From assembly GCA_031441465.1 (NCBI GenBank), contig JANOEP010000032.1:1-58309 (forward strand): 58,309 nucleotides of DNA. The letters run 5' to 3'. Under the pieces are notes generated by a model. The model did not search any database. It was not told the origin of the DNA and saw only the letters and a program-made list of their open reading frames with translations. The translations under genes and the position numbers were made by a program. How positions within the stretch are numbered: position 1 is the stretch's first letter; each line of letters begins with the position of its first letter. Shown here piece after piece: positions 43,401 to 56,483 of this stretch. Source of the stretch: a bacterium. GTDB taxonomy: Bacteria > Krumholzibacteriota > Krumholzibacteriia > LZORAL124-64-63.

Positions 43401-44702
43401 TCAGTCCCGGCGATAGTCGGCCCGCGAGCGCAGGAAGTCGAACGCCTTCTGCTCCGCGAGGTCCTGCGCGATCCGCTCGTCCTCGTGGTGCTGCTTCACG
43501 TAGGCCAGGTAGTCGTCGGCGGGGAAGCCGTTCTCGGCGGCGATGGCGGCGATCCGCGCCTCGACCTCCGGCGGCGTCACCGTGATCTCCTCCTGGCGGC
43601 GGACGGCCTCGAGGACCAGTATCGCCTTCAGCGAGCGCTCGGCCCAGCTGCGTCCGGACTCGCGGTAGCGCTGCTCGTCCTGCTCGGTGACCGGGCGCCC
43701 GAGGTACGCGCTGCGCTGCTTCATCTCGTTCACGCCGGCGGCGAGGTACTCCTCGACCAGGCTCGGCGGCGGGTCGACGGGGTTGCGCTCGATCAGCAGG
43801 TCGACGATCCGCTCTCGCTCGAGCTGCTCGACCCGCTTGGTCTCTTCGGCCAGCAGCTCGTCGCGCAGGGCGAGCCGCAGTTCGAGCAGGGTCTGCCCCT
43901 CCTTCATCGCGGCGGCGAAGGCGTCGTCGAGTTCGGGCAGGCGGCGGGCCTGGACGTCCTTGACCGTCACGAGGTAGGCGACCGTGCGCCCGCGCACGCG
44001 CTCGTTGCCGTAGTCCGCGGGGTAGGTGACCGTCACGCGGCGCTCGTCGCCGGCCGCGGCACCGGTCAGTTCGGTGTCGAATTCCGCGAAGTTGCCCTCG
44101 GCCCCGAGTTCGAACACGTAGTCCTGGACCGGCCCGGCGGGGTCGGGCTCCCCGTCCTGCGCCTGCGGGACGATGTCGGTTTTCAGGCGGTCGCCCGGGG
44201 CGGCGGTCCGGTCGACATGTTCCCAGACGGCGCGGCCCTCGCGCAGGCCGTCCAGGGCCTCGTCCACGGCGCCGTCGGCCAGCTTGGCCTCGGTCTTGAC
44301 CAGCGGCAGTTCGAGGTAGTCGCGGGCGACGACGTCGGGCCGCACTTCGACGCTCAGCTCCAGGCGAACCGGACCCTGGTCCTCGAGCTTGAGATCGGTG
44401 AGTTCGGGGTCGGCGACCGGCACCAGCTTGTGTTCCAGCACGGCGGCCCGGTAGGCCTTCGGCAGCACCTGCTCGACGGTCTCCATCCGGACTTCGCCGC
44501 CGAGGTCCTTCTCGACCATGGCCAGGGGCACCTTGCCCTTGCGGAATCCGGGGCGGGCGTGGCTGCGGCGGGCGGCGCCCAGGTTGCGGGCGTACTCGCC
44601 GTCGAACCAGGTCCGGTCGACTTCCACGCCGATGACGCGCTTCCAGGACTCGGGCGCCTGGACCGAGAGGGTGAACGGGCTCGCAGCGGTGTCGGTGGTC
44701 AT
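43401..44702 (-). CDS. tig: Trigger factor
   Basis: PGFRKGKVP ribosome-binding loop, FKBP-like domain; tRNA-Leu-tig-clpP synteny. Confidence 0.95.
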   Translation of the reverse strand: MTTDTAASPFTLSVQAPESWKRVIGVEVDRTWFDGEYARNLGAARRSHARPGFRKGKVPLAMVEKDLGGEVRMETVEQVLPKAYRAAVLEHKLVPVADPELTDLKLEDQGPVRLELSVEVRPDVVARDYLELPLVKTEAKLADGAVDEALDGLREGRAVWEHVDRTAAPGDRLKTDIVPQAQDGEPDPAGPVQDYVFELGAEGNFAEFDTELTGAAAGDERRVTVTYPADYGNERVRGRTVAYLVTVKDVQARRLPELDDAFAAAMKEGQTLLELRLALRDELLAEETKRVEQLERERIVDLLIERNPVDPPPSLVEEYLAAGVNEMKQRSAYLGRPVTEQDEQRYRESGRSWAERSLKAILVLEAVRRQEEITVTPPEVEARIAAIAAENGFPADDYLAYVKQHHEDERIAQDLAEQKAFDFLRSRADYRRD

Positions 44703-44757
44703 GTCGATCGTCCTTCGGTCGGCGTGCGGGGCCGTCGCGGTCGCGCACGTGCGTTGC

Positions 44758-44840
44758 TGGTGCGAGAGGGGGGACTCGAACCCCCACGGTTTCCCACAGG
44801 AACCTAAATCCTGCGCGTCTGCCAGTTCCGCCACTCTCGC
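44758..44840 (-). tRNA. tRNA-Leu(TAG)
   Basis: Loop TT TAG GT, variable arm, A73 and CCA. Confidence 0.96.
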
Positions 44841-44926
44841 CAGAACCAGGTAGGGCAAGCCCCGGCCGGATCGCCGCTTGCGGAGCCGTCGCGCCAGGGA
44901 TTGGAAGCTATTGCAGGATCGGGGCC

Positions 44927-44955
44927 AATATAGCCCGCCCCCCGGGGGGGGTCAA
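44927..44955 (-). promoter_or_regulatory. sigma70 promoter of tRNA-Leu-tig
   Basis: TTGACC-N17-TATATT. Confidence 0.7.
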
Positions 44956-44980
44956 GGCATCCCGAAATTGCCGGCCCGCC

Positions 44981-46312
<1,332 letters not shown>

Positions 46313-46460
46313 TTCCGGGGTGCCGGGCAGGTGCGGGACGGAGTCGATCACGGCAAACGCTCCAGGCCGGGGTGGGTTCCGTGGCCGAGACAGTTTGTCG
46401 CCAAATAGACATAATGTCAAGTCGCGGGGACGTTGTGTCGCCGGGCCAGGGTGACTGCGG

Positions 46461-47771
46461 CTACAAGCCGAAGATACGCGCAAAGATACCGCATTGACGC
46501 GCGGCCTGTTCCAGACCTTCCCGGTATTCCGGAGCGGCCACGGCGATCAGGGCCCGCGCCCGCTCGGCCAGGTCCCGGCCGTGCAGGTGGGCGACCCCGT
46601 GCTCGGTCACCACGTAGTGCACGTCGGCCCGCGTGGTGACCACGCCCGCACCCTCGCTCAGCACCGGGACGATGCGCGAGACCGCGCCGCCGCGGGCGGT
46701 CGCCGGCAGGGCCGTGATGGGCTTGCCGCCGCGGCTCATGGCGGCGCCCCGCATGAAGTCGACCTGGCCGCCGAAGCCGGAGTAGATCTGGGTGCCGCGC
46801 GAATCGGCGCAGACCTGGCCGGTGAGGTCGATCTGCAGGGCGGAATTGATGGCGACCATGCGGTCGTTGCGCGCGATGTTGAAGGGGTTGTTGACGTAGT
46901 CGGTCGGGTGCAGCTCGATCTGGGCGTTGTCGTGGACGTGGTCGTAGAGGTGGCGGCTGCCCAGCACGAAGCCCGCGACGACCTTGCCGGGGTGGAAGGT
47001 CTTGCGGTCGCCGGTGACGATGCCGCCGTCGATGAGGTCGAGCAGCCCGTCGGAGAACATCTCGGAATGGACGCCCAGGTCCCGCTTGCCGCGCAGGCAG
47101 TGCAGGACCGCCGCCGACAGGCCGCCGATGCCCATCTGCAGGCAGTCGCCGTCCTCGACCAGTCCCGCCACGTGGCTGCCGATGCTCTCCTGCACGGCGT
47201 CCATGGGGATGGTCGGGAAGACGTCGAGCGGGCGGTCCACCTCGACGCAGGCGTCGAGCTTCGAGACGTGGATGAAGCTGTCGCCGAGCGTGCGCGGCAT
47301 CTGACGGTTCACCTCGGCCACGATGCGGCCGGCGGCCAGGGCGGCGGGCTTGGTGATGCCCACTTCGATGCCGAAGCTGCAGAAGCCGTGCTCGTCCGGC
47401 GGCGAGACCTGCACCAGCGCGATGTCGGGCCGGTGACGGCCGCGCAGCAGGTCGGGCACTTCGTGCAGGTGCACCGGGATGTAGCCGGCGCGGCCGCAGT
47501 TCACGGCCTCGCGCACGTTGGGTCCCACGAACATGGCCGTGCAGCGGAAGCTGTCCTGCATGCCGGGCTGCGCGTAGCGGGCCTCCCCCGCCGTCAGGAT
47601 GTGCAGGATCTCGACGTTGCGCAGTTCGCCCGCGCGGGCCACGAGCGCCTCGACCAGCGCGTGCGGCACGGCGCAGCCGGCGCCCAGGTAGACGCGCTGC
47701 CCCGAGGCGATCGCGGCCACGGCGGCGGCGGCGTCGGTCCGTTTCTGCCGGTACTGCTCCATCCAGCTCAC
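46461..47771 (-). CDS. Acetyl-CoA hydrolase / 4-hydroxybutyrate CoA-transferase family
   Basis: LQMGIG, LGVHSEMFSD, GFGGQVDF, YVVTEHG. GTG start overlaps the upstream stop; alternative ATG at 47762. Confidence 0.93.
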   Translation of the reverse strand: MSWMEQYRQKRTDAAAAVAAIASGQRVYLGAGCAVPHALVEALVARAGELRNVEILHILTAGEARYAQPGMQDSFRCTAMFVGPNVREAVNCGRAGYIPVHLHEVPDLLRGRHRPDIALVQVSPPDEHGFCSFGIEVGITKPAALAAGRIVAEVNRQMPRTLGDSFIHVSKLDACVEVDRPLDVFPTIPMDAVQESIGSHVAGLVEDGDCLQMGIGGLSAAVLHCLRGKRDLGVHSEMFSDGLLDLIDGGIVTGDRKTFHPGKVVAGFVLGSRHLYDHVHDNAQIELHPTDYVNNPFNIARNDRMVAINSALQIDLTGQVCADSRGTQIYSGFGGQVDFMRGAAMSRGGKPITALPATARGGAVSRIVPVLSEGAGVVTTRADVHYVVTEHGVAHLHGRDLAERARALIAVAAPEYREGLEQAARQCGIFARIFGL

Positions 47772-48889
47772 GACTTCCCTCCGGTCCGGCGGCCCTCGAC
47801 GGGCAGCCCGTGCGCCTCGGCCACGCGCGGGTCGACGACCCGGCCGCCGATCAGGCCGACGCCCCGCCCCAGCGCGGGATCCGCCGCCATGGCCGCCGCC
47901 AGGCCGTCGGCGGCGATGAGCGCCACGGTGCCCAGCAGGGCGTTGCCCAGGGCGTAGGTCGCGGTGCGCGCCACCAGGCTCGGCGTGTTGGGGGCGCAGA
48001 AGTGGGTCACGCCGTCCACCACGTAGACGGGATCGCTCAGGCGCGTGGGACGGCTCGCGGCGAAGCAGCCGCCCTGGTCGATGGCCAGGTCGATCACGAC
48101 GCTGCCGTCGCGGACCCGGTCCTCGAGCTGGCGGTCGACGAGCACCGGGGCGCGGCCGCCGGGCGAGCGCACGGCGCCGACGACCACGTCGGCGAAGCGC
48201 AGCACCTTGGCGAGCGTGTACTCGTTCGCGGGGTAGGTGGTGACCCGGCCCTCGAAGCGCCAGTGCAGGTCGTGCAGCAGTTCGAGATCGACGTCGAGCA
48301 GGGTCACGCGCGCCCCGCAGCCCAGCAAGGCGCGGGCGGCGTTGCGGCCCGCGATGCCGCCGCCCAGCACGACCGCCTCGGCCGGCGGCACGCCGGCCAG
48401 GCCGCCCAGCAGGATCCCGTTGCCGCCGTGGTCGGACTGCAGGTAGCGGGCGGCCAGCTGCGGCACGATGCGCCCGGCGATGCGCGACATGCTGGCCAGC
48501 ACCGGCGCCGAGCCGTCGTCGCGGGAGATCGCCGCGGTGTCGACCGCGCTGCAACCGCCTTGGCGCAGCGCGCCGAGCAGTCCGGGCTCGCAGGCGGGCA
48601 GCATCAGGAAGCCCAGGACAGTCTGGCCCTCGGTCAGCCAGTCCGCCTCGGCCGCCGTGGGCGCCTGCACCTTGACCAGCAGGCCGGCGCGCCGGTACAC
48701 CTCCTCGGTGTCGCCGGCGATGCGCCCCCCCACCTTGCGGTATTCCTCGTCGGGGAACCCGCTGCCGACACCGGCGTCGCGCTCCACCAGCACGTCGTGG
48801 CCCTGGCACGCCAGGGTCAACACCGCCGCCGGCGCCAGGCCGACGCGCTTCTCGTCCGGGGCCAGCTCCCGGGGCACACCGATGATCAT
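47768..48889 (-). CDS. Alanine dehydrogenase-like protein (active site diverged)
   Basis: MIIGVPRE, MSRIAGR, GILLGG, GGGIAG, DLAIDQGGCF. Confidence 0.85.
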   Translation of the reverse strand: MIIGVPRELAPDEKRVGLAPAAVLTLACQGHDVLVERDAGVGSGFPDEEYRKVGGRIAGDTEEVYRRAGLLVKVQAPTAAEADWLTEGQTVLGFLMLPACEPGLLGALRQGGCSAVDTAAISRDDGSAPVLASMSRIAGRIVPQLAARYLQSDHGGNGILLGGLAGVPPAEAVVLGGGIAGRNAARALLGCGARVTLLDVDLELLHDLHWRFEGRVTTYPANEYTLAKVLRFADVVVGAVRSPGGRAPVLVDRQLEDRVRDGSVVIDLAIDQGGCFAASRPTRLSDPVYVVDGVTHFCAPNTPSLVARTATYALGNALLGTVALIAADGLAAAMAADPALGRGVGLIGGRVVDPRVAEAHGLPVEGRRTGGKS

Positions 48890-48962
48890 CGCTCCGCCTT
48901 TCGCAACGGCGCCGCCCCCGCAGAGCCGGGGGCGGCGTCGGGAGAACCGCCCGCGGCGCCGG

Positions 48963-50374
<1,412 letters not shown>

Positions 50375-50378
<4 letters not shown>

Positions 50379-51436
50379 GACCGGCCTCCTTCCAGGATCT
50401 TCCCGTATTCGGCCAGCAGTTCCTCGGAACCCGGCACCATGCCGCCGCAGCGCCCGTAGAAGTGCACCGGCGCGCGGCCCTCGACGGCCAGCCGCACGTC
50501 CTCGACCATCTGGCCGGTGCTGAGTTCCGCCGACAGGAAGCGCACGTCGCGCTGCGCGAGTTCGGCGATCCGCGCGCTCGGGAAAGGCCAGAGCGTGATC
50601 GGCCGCAGCAGCCCGACCTTCAGGCCGCGCGCGCGCGCCTGGTCCACGGTCGAGTAGACGATGCGCGAGACGATGCCGAAGGCGACGACGATCAGCTCGG
50701 CGTCCTCGACCTGGTACTCCTCGTACCGCACCTCGTCCTGCGCGATGCGCTTGTACTTGGCGTCGAGCTTGAGATTGTGGCGCTCGAGATCCGCGGACTC
50801 GAGGAAGATCGAGCTGATGAGGTTGCGGTGGGTGGCGGCGTCGCCGCGCACGCACCACGAGGTGTGGTCGAAGGGCACCGGCCGGGCCGCGGGCACCGTC
50901 ACCGGCTCCATCATCTGGCCGGTGAAACCGTCGGCCACGATGCAGACCGGGTTGCGGTACTTGTCGGCGAGTTCGAAGGCCAGGATGGTCAGGTCGCACA
51001 TCTCCTGGGCGCAGTTGGGCGCCAGGGCGAGCAGGCGGTAGTTGCCGTGGCCGCCGCCCTTGGTGACCTGGAAGTAGTCGCCCTGTTCGGGGGCGATGTT
51101 GCCCAGGCCGGGGCCGCCGCGCATGACGTTCACGACCACGCAGGGCAACTCGGCGCCGGCGATGTAGCTCAGGCCCTCCTGTTTCAGCGAGAACCCCGGG
51201 CTCGACGAGGCGGTCATGGTGCGGATGCCCATCCCCGCGGTGCCGTAGACCATGTTGATGGCCGCGACCTCGCTCTCGGCCTGGATGAAGGTGCCGCCCA
51301 GGGCCGGAAAATGCAGGGATGCGGCGTGGGCGATCTCGCTGGCGGGGGTGATCGGGTAGCCGTAGTAGGCCCGGCAACCGGCCTGCAGGGCGCCGACGAC
51401 GATCGCGTCGTTCCCCTTCATGAACTTTCTGGACAT
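50375..51436 (-). CDS. vorB: 2-oxoacid:ferredoxin oxidoreductase alpha subunit (VorB-like)
   Basis: [34 protein letters not shown]. Confidence 0.92.
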
Positions 51437-51459
51437 CGTCCGCCTCCCGCGGGTGGGGT

Positions 51460-51690
51460 TCAGGGCTTGACGACCTTGATCGCCGCCGGTTCGGGGCACG
51501 CGTAGAAGCACAGGGCGCAACCGGTGCAGTCCCGTCCCAGATAGTAAGCCGGGTGGTAGCTGGATCCGTTCAGCTTCTCGCTGATGTCGATGACGCCCTT
51601 GGGGCAGACGCCGATGCAGAGCTTGCAGCCCTTGCACAGTTCGGCGTCGATCTCGATGAAGGGGGCTGTCGCCTGGACGGAGTCGTTCAT
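51460..51690 (-). CDS. 2x[4Fe-4S] ferredoxin / delta subunit
   Basis: [12 protein letters not shown] and [12 protein letters not shown]. Confidence 0.93.
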   Translation of the reverse strand: MNDSVQATAPFIEIDAELCKGCKLCIGVCPKGVIDISEKLNGSSYHPAYYLGRDCTGCALCFYACPEPAAIKVVKP

Positions 51691-51846
51691 CTTCGCCTCC
51701 TCGAAGGGACCGGGGGGGGCTAGTCCAGCCGCAACATAGTCACCGGGGCGGCGATGCGGAAGAACTGTTTGCCGTTTGGCAGGGGGGCGCGAGCGATGCC
51801 GGGGGCGTCCCGGGGACCGGGTCCGAGGGACCCGGCCCCCCGCGGA

Positions 51847-52632
51847 TCAGCGGTCCCGGAACTCCGGTTTGCGCTTCTGCAGGAAGGCCTGGCAACCCTC
51901 GCGCGCGTCGTCGAGGGAGCCGACGACGCCGAAGAGCGCCGCCTCGAGCCGGCAACCCTCGTCCAGGCCCATGTTGGCCCCCTCGCCCACCGCCTTCAGG
52001 GCGTAGCGGACGGTCGCGGCCGAGCGGCCCGCGATCGAGGCGGCGGCGGCGCGGGCGGCCTTCATCAGGTCGTCGCCTGGCACGACACGGTTGACCAGGC
52101 CGATGCGCATGGCTTCCTCCGCGTCGATCATCCCGCCCGAGAGGATCATCTCCATGGCGTGCCCCCGCCCCACCAGGCGCGGCAACCGTTGCGTGCCGCC
52201 GTAGCCGGGGATCAGGCCGAGGGTGATCTCGGGCAGCCCGAGCTTGGCGTTCGACGCCGCGTAGCGGAACGTGCAGCACAGGGCCAGCTCGCAACCGCCG
52301 CCCAGCGCAAAGCCGTTGACGGCCGCGATCACTGGCTTGCCGAGGTGCTCGAGGCTCCACATCAGGGACTGCCCCCGCTCGGCCAATTGTTCCAACGCCG
52401 GTCCGGAGGCGGCGACCAGTTCGCCGATGTCGGCGCCGGCGACGAAGGCCTTCGGGCCCGCGCCGGTCAGGATCACCACCCGGACCCGCTCGTCCCGCCG
52501 CAGCTCGCCGAAGCAGGCCCGAAGCTCCTCGATCACCTGCGCGTTGAGCGCGTTCATCTTCTCCGGCCGATTGATGGTCACGACAGCCACGCCGCCGTCG
52601 TCGATTTCGAGCAACAGGGTCTCGTAGGACAT
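51847..52632 (-). CDS. Enoyl-CoA hydratase (crotonase)
   Basis: AFVAGADI, ALGGGCEL, PE...GLIPGYGGTQRL. Confidence 0.94.
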   Translation of the reverse strand: MSYETLLLEIDDGGVAVVTINRPEKMNALNAQVIEELRACFGELRRDERVRVVILTGAGPKAFVAGADIGELVAASGPALEQLAERGQSLMWSLEHLGKPVIAAVNGFALGGGCELALCCTFRYAASNAKLGLPEITLGLIPGYGGTQRLPRLVGRGHAMEMILSGGMIDAEEAMRIGLVNRVVPGDDLMKAARAAAASIAGRSAATVRYALKAVGEGANMGLDEGCRLEAALFGVVGSLDDAREGCQAFLQKRKPEFRDR

Positions 52633-52838
52633 GGTCTCTCCTCGGTTGGGTCGGCGAGCGCGCCGATGCTTCATCCCCGCATGATAGCAGACGGCGCCGC
52701 TCCCCGAAACGCCCGGGTTCCGGCCGCGCCGGCAGCGCGCCGGCCATCTTCAGGGTTTCGCAGGTTGACCGCAATGGCGGTCCTGGGGTACGCTCCGCCG
52801 TCGGTTTCCTCGCCGCCACCATCCACGGGGGACGCGCC

Positions 52839-54389
52839 ATGTCCGAGAGTTCCGCCGATCGGTTGAGGCAGCTGCACGAACTGCGCGCGCAGGCGCAGCT
52901 CGGCGGCGGCCAGGACAAGATCGACCGCATCCACGCCAAGGGCCGGCTGACCGCGCGCGAGCGCGTCCACCTGCTGCTGGACGAGGGGTCGTTCCTGGAG
53001 ACCGGGGTCTTCGTCACCCACCGCGAACCCTCGCTGGCCGACCAGCTCCCGGTCGGGGACGGCATGATCACCGGCTCGGGCCGCATCGACGGCCGCCAGG
53101 TCTACGTGTTCGCCCAGGATTTCACCGTCTTCGGCGGCTCGATGAGCGAGTCCAACGCGCTGAAGGTCTGCCGGTTGATGGACCAGGCGCTGGAGAACGG
53201 GTGCCCGTTGATCGGCCTGAACGACTCCGGGGGCGCCCGCATCCAGGAAGGCGTCAAGTCGCTGGCCGGCTACGCCGAGATCTTCTGGCGCAACACCATG
53301 GCCTCGGGCGTGGTGCCGCAGATCTCGGCCATCATGGGCCCCTGCGCCGGCGGCGCGGTCTACTCGCCGGCGATCACCGACTTCACGCTGATGGTGGACA
53401 AGACCAGCTACATGTTCGTCACCGGTCCCAACGTCATCAAGATGGTGACCAACGAGGACGTGACCAGCGAGGAGCTGGGCGGCGCCGCCACCCACACCTC
53501 GCGCAGCGGCGTGGCGCACCTGATGGCGGCCAGCGACCAGGACTGCCTGCTGATGACGCGCCGCCTGCTGGGCTTCCTGCCCCAGAACAACCTCGAGGAG
53601 CCGCCGCGCCGCACGCCCGCCGACCTCCCCGGGCGCCGCGAGGAGCGGCTCAACTCGCTGTTGCCGGACGACCCCCGCAAGCCCTACGACATGCGCGAGG
53701 TGATCGAGCTGGTGGTCGACGACGGCGACTTCCTGGAGATCCAGCCGCGCTACGCGGCGAACATCATCTGCGGGTTCGCGCGCCTGGACGGGCAGCCGGT
53801 CGGCATCGTCGCCAACCAGCCGAAGGTCCAGGCCGGCGTCCTGGACATCGACGCCTCGCTGAAGGCCGCCCGCTTCATCCGCACCTGCGACTGCTTCAAC
53901 GTGCCGCTGGTGACCCTCGAGGACGTGCCCGGGTTCCTGCCCGGCACCGACCAGGAGTTCGGCGGCATCATCAAGCACGGGGCCAAGCTGCTGTACGCCT
54001 ACTGCGAGGCCACGGTGCCCAAGCTGACGGTCATCACCCGCAAGGCCTACGGCGGCGCCTACGACGTGATGAGCAGCAAGCACATCCGTGCCGACTGGAA
54101 CGTGGCCTGGCCGGCCGCCGAACTGGCCGTGATGGGTCCCGAAGGCGCGGTCAACGTCCTGCACCGCGAGCGGCTCGCCCAGGCCGCCGACCCCGACGCG
54201 CTGCGGCGCGAACTGGTCGCGGAGTACGAGCTGCGCTTCGCGAACCCCTACATCGCGGCGGGGCTGGGCTACCTCGACGACGTCATCGAGCCGCGCGACA
54301 CGCGCCCGCTGCTGATCGCGGCGCTGCAGACCCTGCGCAACAAGAAGCAGCTGTTGCCCCCCAAGAAGCACGGGAACATCCCCCTGTAG
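52839..54389 (+). CDS. pccB: Propionyl-CoA carboxylase beta / acyl-CoA carboxyltransferase
   Basis: DSGGARIQEG, GPCAGGAVYSPA, RKAYGGAY, KKHGNIPL. Confidence 0.93.
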   Translation: MSESSADRLRQLHELRAQAQLGGGQDKIDRIHAKGRLTARERVHLLLDEGSFLETGVFVTHREPSLADQLPVGDGMITGSGRIDGRQVYVFAQDFTVFGGSMSESNALKVCRLMDQALENGCPLIGLNDSGGARIQEGVKSLAGYAEIFWRNTMASGVVPQISAIMGPCAGGAVYSPAITDFTLMVDKTSYMFVTGPNVIKMVTNEDVTSEELGGAATHTSRSGVAHLMAASDQDCLLMTRRLLGFLPQNNLEEPPRRTPADLPGRREERLNSLLPDDPRKPYDMREVIELVVDDGDFLEIQPRYAANIICGFARLDGQPVGIVANQPKVQAGVLDIDASLKAARFIRTCDCFNVPLVTLEDVPGFLPGTDQEFGGIIKHGAKLLYAYCEATVPKLTVITRKAYGGAYDVMSSKHIRADWNVAWPAAELAVMGPEGAVNVLHRERLAQAADPDALRRELVAEYELRFANPYIAAGLGYLDDVIEPRDTRPLLIAALQTLRNKKQLLPPKKHGNIPL

Positions 54390-54397
54390 GAGGCGCC

Positions 54398-55927
54398 GTG
54401 GGCCGCACGAAGATCACTAAGGTCCTGGTGGCCAACCGCGGCGAGATCGCCGTGCGGATCATCCAGGGCCTGCGCGAGATGGGGATCCGCGCGGTGGCCG
54501 TCCACTCCGACGCCGACCGCACGGCCCTGCACGTGATGACCGCCGACGAGTCCTACCCCATCGGCCCGGCGCCCGCGTCCGAGAGCTACCTGCGGGGCGA
54601 CAAGCTGATCGCGACCGCGCTGGCCTGCGGCGCCGACGCCGTGCACCCCGGCTACGGGTTCCTGTCCGAGAACGCCGCCTTCGCCCGGGCCTGCGGGCAG
54701 GCCGGCCTGATCTTCATCGGGCCGCGGCCCGAGACCATCGAGTTGATGGGCAACAAGCTGGCGGCCCGCCGCCGGATGATCGACAGCGGCGTGCCGGTGA
54801 TCCCGGGCACCGAGACCGCCCTGCGCGATTCCGCGGCCGCGGCCGAAGCCGCCCGCGCGATCGGCTACCCGGTGCTGCTGAAGGCGGCGGCCGGCGGCGG
54901 CGGCAAGGGCATGCGCGTGGTGCGCGGGGAGGCCGACCTCGCGGCCGCGCTGCGGCGCACGATGGGCGAGGCGCAGAGCGCCTTCGGCGACGACGCGGTG
55001 TTCCTCGAGCGCTACGTGGAGGACCCCAAGCACATCGAGGTGCAGGTGCTGGGCGACGGCCAGGGCGGCGCCGTCCACCTCTTCGAACGGGAGTGCTCCG
55101 TCCAGCGCCGCCACCAGAAGGTCATCGAGGAGTCGCCGTCCCCGAGCCTGACCCCGGACCTGCGCGAGCGCATCTGCGAGGCGGCGGTGCGGACGGCGGC
55201 CGCGGTCGACTACCTCGGGGCCGGCACCGTGGAGTTCATCCTGTCGCCGCAGCGCGAGTTCTTCTTCCTGGAGATGAACACCCGCCTGCAGGTGGAGCAC
55301 CCGATCACCGAGATGGTGACCGGCACCGACCTGGTGCGCGCCCAGATCCGCATCGCCCGCGGCCAGGGCCTGCCCTACCGCCAGGAAGACCTGCGCCAGC
55401 ACGGCTGGGCGATCGAGTTCCGGATCTACGCCGAGGACCCGGCCCGCAACTTCATGCCCGCCATCGGGCGCATCAGCTCGCACATCACCCCGACGGGACC
55501 CGGCGTGCGCGTCGACAGCGGGATCTACGAGGGCTTCGACGTGCCCGTCCACTACGACCCGCTGCTGGCGAAGCTGGTGGTCTGGGGCGAGGACCGCGCG
55601 CAGGCGATCGCCCGCGGGCGACGCGCCCTGCAGGAATTCACGCTGCACGGTCCCGGCCACAACATCCCGTTCCACCTGTGGGCGCTGGAGAGGCCGAAGT
55701 TCCTGGACGGCACCTACACGACGAACTTCATCGACGAACGCTTCGATCCCGCCGAGTTCCAGGACCCGCTGCCGGACGACGACCGGGCCGCGTTGTTGAC
55801 CGCGGCCGCCCTGTACGAGGCGCGGCGCCGCGAGCTGACGGCGCATCCGGCCGGGGAATCCGGCACGGCCGCCGGCGGCGACAACTGGCGCCGCAGCGCG
55901 CTGCGGGCCATGACCAACCATCGCTAG
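54398..55927 (+). CDS. Biotin carboxylase subunit
   Basis: VLVANRGEIA, HPGYGFLSEN, GGGGKGMR, RECSVQRRHQK, EMNTRLQVEH. Confidence 0.95.
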   Translation: MGRTKITKVLVANRGEIAVRIIQGLREMGIRAVAVHSDADRTALHVMTADESYPIGPAPASESYLRGDKLIATALACGADAVHPGYGFLSENAAFARACGQAGLIFIGPRPETIELMGNKLAARRRMIDSGVPVIPGTETALRDSAAAAEAARAIGYPVLLKAAAGGGGKGMRVVRGEADLAAALRRTMGEAQSAFGDDAVFLERYVEDPKHIEVQVLGDGQGGAVHLFERECSVQRRHQKVIEESPSPSLTPDLRERICEAAVRTAAAVDYLGAGTVEFILSPQREFFFLEMNTRLQVEHPITEMVTGTDLVRAQIRIARGQGLPYRQEDLRQHGWAIEFRIYAEDPARNFMPAIGRISSHITPTGPGVRVDSGIYEGFDVPVHYDPLLAKLVVWGEDRAQAIARGRRALQEFTLHGPGHNIPFHLWALERPKFLDGTYTTNFIDERFDPAEFQDPLPDDDRAALLTAAALYEARRRELTAHPAGESGTAAGGDNWRRSALRAMTNHR

Positions 55928-55937
55928 GGGTGCGGCC

Positions 55938-56483
55938 GTGTGGATGAAGAAGCGCTACGTCTTGAGGCACGGCGGCGAGCAGTTCACCGCCGTGGTCGCG
56001 CGCGACGGCGACGGCCGCCTCGCGGTGCAGATCGACGACGGCGAGCTGCGCGAGGTCGACGCCTGCTTCGTCCAGAACGGGCGCGCGCTGAGCCTGCGCG
56101 TCGACGGCCGCATGCACCTGATCGACATCTCGCCGCGCGGCGGGCGCGACGGGCACGGCGCGCTGGAGGCCACGGTCAACGGCCGCTACCTCGAACTGAC
56201 GGTGATGGACGAATTGGACGCGCTGGCGCTGGCCTCGGTGGCCGAGGTCGCCGGCAGCGGCACGGTCCGCGCCGAGATCCCCGGCCTGGTCGTGGCGCTG
56301 CAGGCGGCGGTCGGGCAGCGGGTCGCCCCGGGCGAGGCGCTGCTGGTGCTCGAGGCCATGAAGATGCAGAACGAGATCGCGGCGCCCGTGGCCGGGACGA
56401 TCGCCGAGGTGGCGGTCCGCGTCGGCCAGTCGGTCAACGCGGGCGACGTGCTGCTGGTGATCGAGCCGGAGGTGGGCGGCTAG
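55938..56483 (+). CDS. Biotin carboxyl carrier protein
   Basis: EAMKM biotinylation motif. Confidence 0.93.
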   Translation: MWMKKRYVLRHGGEQFTAVVARDGDGRLAVQIDDGELREVDACFVQNGRALSLRVDGRMHLIDISPRGGRDGHGALEATVNGRYLELTVMDELDALALASVAEVAGSGTVRAEIPGLVVALQAAVGQRVAPGEALLVLEAMKMQNEIAAPVAGTIAEVAVRVGQSVNAGDVLLVIEPEVGG

